This document shows positions 16,345 to 21,060 of a stretch of 21,060 nt of DNA, piece after piece. The notes beneath the pieces are model-generated. The model saw only the letters and a list, made by a program, of their open reading frames with translations, did not search any database and was not told where the DNA came from. The stretch is taken from positions 1-21,060 of the forward strand of contig CAZUFC010000069.1 of the NCBI GenBank assembly GCA_964619725.1, written 5' to 3'. The first letter of the stretch is position 1, and every line of letters begins with the position of its first letter. Source of the stretch: an uncultured bacterium. Its GTDB lineage: Bacteria > CSSED10-310 > CAZUFC01. Made by a program: the position numbers and the translations under genes.

Positions 16345-18993
16345 ATGAAAACCGGTAAACTGAAAAAGCAGGTTTCAACTTACATTTTTTTTCTGACTTT
16401 TTTCATTTTTTCAGCATCCGTAAACGTAAAGGCGAATTCAAAAGCCTTCGCCGGTACGCATGAAGCGGATTTAAGCGGCTGTTACAGGATGATTGACGGA
16501 AACAGGGTTTCTGCCGGTCAGGCAGAAGCGCCCGTCCGTGAAAGCGGAATGTGGAAAAGAGAACCGGCAGGCTCTAGCTTTTCCACTCAGAAGGATACGT
16601 GGGAAAAGGCGGGGCCCTGGGGCGGATCGATTTATGATATTTGCAGGGATGCCGGCGGAACATTGTATGCCGGTGTGGCGGAACAGGACAGGGGAATTTT
16701 TCGCAGCACGGACAATGGAGCAAATTGGGAACACATGGGCCTTGACGGATACTCGGCATCAGCGGTTGGAGCTGATTCAGCCGTACCGGGCTGGATATAT
16801 TGCGGGACTTTCGACGGAGATCAGTTTCGATCCACAGACGCGGGAGAAAACTGGGAAGATATTTCGTCGGCGCTGCCTGTTACGCTTCGGGCGATAGCTC
16901 CGGACCCTGAAATAAGCATGAAAGCATTGGCCGGCGGATACGGAGGCGCTTTGTACGGCACGACGGACGGAGGCGACAGTTGGTCGGTAAAACACAATCA
17001 CGACGGCAACGTCATTTCCCTGGTTTACGATCCTTCTGACAGCGACATAATGTATTGGGGCTCTGACGATTCATCCGGGCACATTTATATTTTGAAATCC
17101 ACCGACCGCGGGGAATCCTGGTACGCTTCATCGACAGGCGTCCCGAACAATGTCATCATATCAGGAATAGCCGTAAGTCCGACGGATTCCGACAGGATAT
17201 ATGCGACCTGGTGGCCTTTTGGAGGGGTTACCGGTATTTTACGGTCCGTTAACGGCGGTCAAAATTGGACGACATTGGCGACCAACCGGGGCGGCAATGA
17301 TATAAAAACAGACCCGGAAAGCGGAGACATCGTATATGCCGTGGGTTCCAATTCGAGTTTTTCAACGGACGGCGGCGATTCCTGGACTTCCTTCAGCGCG
17401 GGGCATCCGTCAATCGGAGATTTATGGGCTACTTCGATAATGACCGATCCGGCAAATCCCGACACTCTGTTCGTCGCTCTTCACGGCGAAGGCATTGTTT
17501 GGTCGACGGACGGCGGCGCCTCCTGGGCGTCTCGCTGCAAAGGAATGGACGGAGTGGGCATCACCAGCGCATTTATTTGTAAAAACGATGCCGATCGGAT
17601 AGGAGCAGCCACAGGTTCATACGGAGGCGGATATTTTCATTCCGAAGACGGCGGACTCAACTGGTCGGTATCGCCTCCCTACGGTTATGGACCCTGGAAC
17701 CTGAAAACTTACGCTCTCGCTTCTTCGCCGGACGGGGTGAAAATTTACCTGGGCGACTGGAACGATTCCTACAGAAGCATAAATGAGGGTTGGGACTGGA
17801 ATTCCATGGTTGTTCCGCAGGGAACCATGAGAGCGACCTCCTTTGCTGTATACGACGTTAATCCTCATTTAATGTATGCCGGCGTTACCTATCCCGACAT
17901 TGTTCACTTTTCGGAAAACAGCGGCGAATCCTGGCTGGAAAGAGGCGAAGGTTTACCTGCGAATGCTGATTACTGGTTCGCTTTAGCTGTCGATCCTCAT
18001 TCATCCGATATAGCGTATGCCGGCGACTGCAGCAGCGACAGCGACCTGAATAACGGAAAAGGCGTTTACAAGACTACCGACCAGGGCATGACATGGATTG
18101 AAGCAAATGATGGTTTGGCGGCCGGCAGGGCCAGGGCCGCCGTATGGCTGGCGATCGATGAACATGATACCGATACGATCTACGCCGCTACCGGCGACGG
18201 ACCATATCGCTCGCTGGACGCCGGCGAAAACTGGTCCCGCCTCTCCCAGGAATTCGACAATGCTCTCTGCATAAACGTTTCTCCTCACGATCCCCGCCTC
18301 CTCTGCATGACGGCCCGTAAAACAAGTAATTCTGAATACTCCGTTTTTCTGTCGACCGATCAGGGCGAAACCTGGGAAAAATTCGGTTCGGGACTGCCTG
18401 TGCGAAATTCGCTGACCGTCAGTTACGGCCTCTGGTCCTTCCCCTGGGCGGCATTCGATCCGGAAGACAATCGAAAAATGTGGGCAGCCGTAGGCAACTC
18501 CGGACTATGGACAAACGACAACGTTCCTGTTCTGCAGACCATCACCCCTTCACCATCAGTATCGCCCCCTTCCACTCAAACCCCGCCGCCGCAAACCACC
18601 ACTCCCGAACCTACTCCCACAATTGAACTTTTCACCGGCGTCAGGTGCGTTATGCCCGCTTCCCATTACTCTCCCGGCGACATTTTTTACCTCGACCTGC
18701 TCATCGGAAATCAGGGCGAAACTATGCCCGGAATGTACCTTTTCCTGGTTTTAAATATTCTGGGTGACTACTGGTTCTTCCCCTCATGGGTCACATTCCC
18801 GCCAGATGTCGATTATTTGCTCCTGAACATTCCTCATGGTTTATATACTCTACATGCCATCGAAGCTTTTACCTGGCCGCAGATCGACGATGCCTTCTCA
18901 GGCATCCGGTTCCTCTCAGCTATAGTAGACCCCGAAATCATGGACATTGTCGGCGAATGGTGCAACGTCGAGTGGAGCTACGGCCCGCGCTGA
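16345..18993 (+). CDS. Secreted BNR/Asp-box beta-propeller protein (VPS10/GH74-like fold) with a Pro/Thr linker and C-terminal beta domain
   Basis: AAAGGA RBS and signal peptide; GPWGGSI start of the propeller; 13 S/T-x-D/N-x-G-x-x-W Asp-boxes counted; linker TPSPSVSPPSTQTPPPQTTTPEPTPT; terminal ~120 aa domain starting near 18631. Confidence 0.88.
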   Translation: MKTGKLKKQVSTYIFFLTFFIFSASVNVKANSKAFAGTHEADLSGCYRMIDGNRVSAGQAEAPVRESGMWKREPAGSSFSTQKDTWEKAGPWGGSIYDICRDAGGTLYAGVAEQDRGIFRSTDNGANWEHMGLDGYSASAVGADSAVPGWIYCGTFDGDQFRSTDAGENWEDISSALPVTLRAIAPDPEISMKALAGGYGGALYGTTDGGDSWSVKHNHDGNVISLVYDPSDSDIMYWGSDDSSGHIYILKSTDRGESWYASSTGVPNNVIISGIAVSPTDSDRIYATWWPFGGVTGILRSVNGGQNWTTLATNRGGNDIKTDPESGDIVYAVGSNSSFSTDGGDSWTSFSAGHPSIGDLWATSIMTDPANPDTLFVALHGEGIVWSTDGGASWASRCKGMDGVGITSAFICKNDADRIGAATGSYGGGYFHSEDGGLNWSVSPPYGYGPWNLKTYALASSPDGVKIYLGDWNDSYRSINEGWDWNSMVVPQGTMRATSFAVYDVNPHLMYAGVTYPDIVHFSENSGESWLERGEGLPANADYWFALAVDPHSSDIAYAGDCSSDSDLNNGKGVYKTTDQGMTWIEANDGLAAGRARAAVWLAIDEHDTDTIYAATGDGPYRSLDAGENWSRLSQEFDNALCINVSPHDPRLLCMTARKTSNSEYSVFLSTDQGETWEKFGSGLPVRNSLTVSYGLWSFPWAAFDPEDNRKMWAAVGNSGLWTNDNVPVLQTITPSPSVSPPSTQTPPPQTTTPEPTPTIELFTGVRCVMPASHYSPGDIFYLDLLIGNQGETMPGMYLFLVLNILGDYWFFPSWVTFPPDVDYLLLNIPHGLYTLHAIEAFTWPQIDDAFSGIRFLSAIVDPEIMDIVGEWCNVEWSYGPR

Positions 18994-19185
18994 TTACCAC
19001 AGGCGCATCATCACGATTTTATCTTTTTTCTGGACTGATCATACAAAAGGCGCAGCGTTTGCCTATTTCTTCTGCTTTTTGGAATGCTCGCCCTTATTTT
19101 CCCTGGCTGCGGGGTCTTTGTAAGCGTTTCCAATTTGGAAATGAAGCATCCCTGACGTCGAACACCCAATCCCTTTATCGATACT

Positions 19186-19218
19186 AAAAAGCCGCCCGCT
19201 TAGCGGGCGGCCTTATTT
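19186..19218. terminator. Rho-independent terminator between convergent genes (best on the minus strand)
   Basis: AAAAA-GCCGCCCGC-TTA-GCGGGCGGC-CTTATTT: 9-bp GC stem with a T5 tail on the minus strand and a weaker T-rich tail on the plus strand. Confidence 0.85.
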
Positions 19219-19288
19219 ACTTCTTAACCGTCCCTAGGAATTTTCTCTGCAGCGATCTACAAAATCAATCGCACTTTAAACTCATATC

Positions 19289-21060
19289 CTAATCGAATAA
19301 TTTGAATTCACCCTTCAATGCAGAACCGCCGCTACTGCTGCTCAGGAACTTAAACTCATTAACGTCAATGTGTTTCAGCATCCCTGTCTCCGGATCGCTC
19401 AAAATTGTGAGAAATACGTAATCTCCGCCCGGTTCTCTTCCTGTCCAGTCATAACGGAGCAATTCGGCCACGACGTCGGTTCCTGCAGCGAATTCTATAC
19501 CCATAGGCGGGAACAGATCGCCGGCATATTCCTGATTGATCAGCATCATCATCTGCATCTTGAGACGACAATCTTCACCGGGATTGTATATCCTGCAGTC
19601 CACCACGAGCGGATGCCCTTCATAATAGACCATTCTGTCGGACCAGGTATTAATCTGCACCTTGCATGCTGATTCCGGCTGCGGTATGCCCGCAATCGTC
19701 CAGGACCAGCTCTGAACGCCTTCATGGTCAATCATCGCCAATTTGTAAAAATAAGGAACTCCATTTTCAACCTCAGTATCGGTGAACTGGTAATTATGCT
19801 TCTCAAAACTCGTTCCCGCTCCCGGTATTATCTTATCCGTTATGACCTCATAATCGTCGAAATAAGTCGATGAACGATACAGATGGAAACCGATGTTGTT
19901 TATTTCCGTTACTGTCGTCCAGTGCAGGTCTACCTTTCCGTCCTCTGGAACCGCATAGAAATTATACAATTCCACCGGAACCGTAAAAAGGATTTTGACG
20001 TAATCGAAGAGGCATATGTCAGGTCTTGTGTTCCAGGTGAAGACATACACGGGATAGATCAGCTCTTCGAGTCCGGTGGTGTCCCAGTCGACCGAAGCGT
20101 ATTTCTTTTCGCCTACGGCAATATCTTCAAGTATGTAAGGTTCTCCTATCAGAACCGGATTCGGGTCGTCATCGCCTTCCAAAGGCGTCGCATCATAAGC
20201 AAAATATACCTCGGTATAATCCGTATGAATCGCTCCGACATTCTGAACCGCTGCCGTTATAGTAACTATCATTCCGGGGGCGGCCCTTTCCGGATCGAAG
20301 GTTATCTCTTCGATCGGAATTTCCAGTTCAACGCAATCCGGCGTAACTGTCGGCGACGGCGCCAGGGTGGGAGTAAACGTCGGTTCGAAAGTGTACGTCG
20401 GCGGCATAGTGAATGTAGGCGTCGGAGTCATTGTCGGAGTCACAGACGGGGTCAGCGTCGGAGTATCAGTCGGACTCGTCGTGGCCGTTGTCGTAGGCGT
20501 ATTTGTCGGTGTCCAGGTTGGCGTTTCGGACGGAGTCAATGTCGTCGTCGGAGTATCTGTCGGCGTGTCTGTCGGCGTGTCCGTTACGGTCTGTGTCGGC
20601 GTGTTGGTCACCGAGGGAGTCGTCGTCGGCGTATCCGTCGGCGTTAACGACGGCGTATCAGTAGGCGTCTGCGTTATGGTCGGGGTATCGGTCGGGGTCT
20701 GAGTCGGCGTCAACGTATCCGTCGGCGTGTTCGTCGGCGTACCCGTCGGGGTCAGGGTTACTGTCGGCGTCAATGTCGGCGTTAAGGTCGGCGTAAATGT
20801 GGGCGTATCCGTCGGAGTGTCGGTCGGCGTCAACGTTATCGTCGGGGTATCCGTAGGCGTATCCGTCGGAGTCGTCGTTATCGTGGGCGTATCCGTCGGG
20901 GTCCGCGTCGGAGTGTCGGTCGGCGTATCCGTCGGAGTATCTGTCGGGGTTGTCGTAATCGTTGGTGTGTCGGTCGGCGTGTCGGTCGGCGTATCTGTAG
21001 GAGTGAGCGTTATCGTCGGAGTATCCGTCGGAGTCAATGTCGCCGATTGCGTCGTCGTCG
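19289..21060 (-). CDS. Large extracellular-type protein, 5' end outside the window: Thr/Pro repeat stalk, CARDB-like Ig domain, 'PVEL' FN3-like domain, C-terminal beta domain
   Basis: The frame stays open to the window edge (TTTQSATLTP...), so the listed TTG start is an artefact. Over 230 aa of TPTD/TPTIT repeats; ITFDPERAAPGMIVTITAAVQNVG...ASVDWDTT (CARDB-like); VPVELYNFYA...VDLHWTTVTEINNIGFHLYRS...YQFTD...YFYKL...D..G (FN3-like); TAG stop at 19289-19291. Confidence 0.88.
   Translation of the reverse strand, partial: TTTQSATLTPTDTPTITLTPTDTPTDTPTDTPTITTTPTDTPTDTPTDTPTRTPTDTPTITTTPTDTPTDTPTITLTPTDTPTDTPTFTPTLTPTLTPTVTLTPTGTPTNTPTDTLTPTQTPTDTPTITQTPTDTPSLTPTDTPTTTPSVTNTPTQTVTDTPTDTPTDTPTTTLTPSETPTWTPTNTPTTTATTSPTDTPTLTPSVTPTMTPTPTFTMPPTYTFEPTFTPTLAPSPTVTPDCVELEIPIEEITFDPERAAPGMIVTITAAVQNVGAIHTDYTEVYFAYDATPLEGDDDPNPVLIGEPYILEDIAVGEKKYASVDWDTTGLEELIYPVYVFTWNTRPDICLFDYVKILFTVPVELYNFYAVPEDGKVDLHWTTVTEINNIGFHLYRSSTYFDDYEVITDKIIPGAGTSFEKHNYQFTDTEVENGVPYFYKLAMIDHEGVQSWSWTIAGIPQPESACKVQINTWSDRMVYYEGHPLVVDCRIYNPGEDCRLKMQMMMLINQEYAGDLFPPMGIEFAAGTDVVAELLRYDWTGREPGGDYVFLTILSDPETGMLKHIDVNEFKFLSSSSGGSALKGEFKLFD
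20343..21060 (-). repeat. Coding low-complexity tandem repeat (Thr-Pro-Thr-Asp and TPTITL/TT units)
   Basis: Degenerate 12- and 18-bp units such as ACGCCGACGGAT, with synonymous variation, encoding a TP-rich linker. Confidence 0.9.

Noticed and set aside
18631-18993. T9SS CTD, PEP-CTERM, LPXTG, SLH or dockerin as the terminal domain
   Set aside because: No YPNP or KxxK motif, no terminal TM helix with basic tail, no SLH TRAE motif and no paired Ca-binding dockerin repeats.
19883-20702. Plus-strand Arg-rich (254 aa) and Val/Gly-rich (111 aa) ORFs
   Set aside because: Antisense translations of the Thr/Pro repeat gene.
20343-21060. CRISPR array or non-coding satellite
   Set aside because: No constant repeat with unique spacers; the variation is codon-synonymous within an open frame.

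Overview
Gene-dense bacterial chromosomal window, mostly cell-envelope and secreted-protein genes; no rRNA, tRNA, CRISPR array or intact transposase was seen. From left to right: a polytopic membrane protein with C-terminal TPRs, a pentapeptide-repeat protein, two small hypothetical proteins, a tetraheme cytochrome c3, two GT-B glycosyltransferases (one with two GT domains), a glutamine-hydrolysing asparagine synthase, an arylsulfotransferase-family protein, an orphan OppA-like binding protein, a Cys-less TlpA-like protein coupled to a Yip1-family gene, and two convergent large extracellular-type proteins (an Asp-box beta-propeller protein, and a 5'-truncated Thr/Pro-repeat + CARDB + FN3-like protein). 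The best candidate for an undescribed system is that these two otherwise unrelated proteins appear to end in a related ~110-120 aa C-terminal domain. In one of them it sits where a T9SS sorting domain normally sits, suggesting an alternative C-terminal sorting or anchoring signal. A second oddity is a pentapeptide (DNA-mimic family) protein carrying an SSB-tail-like DEDIPF motif. All calls come from reading motifs by eye; no database searches were run.
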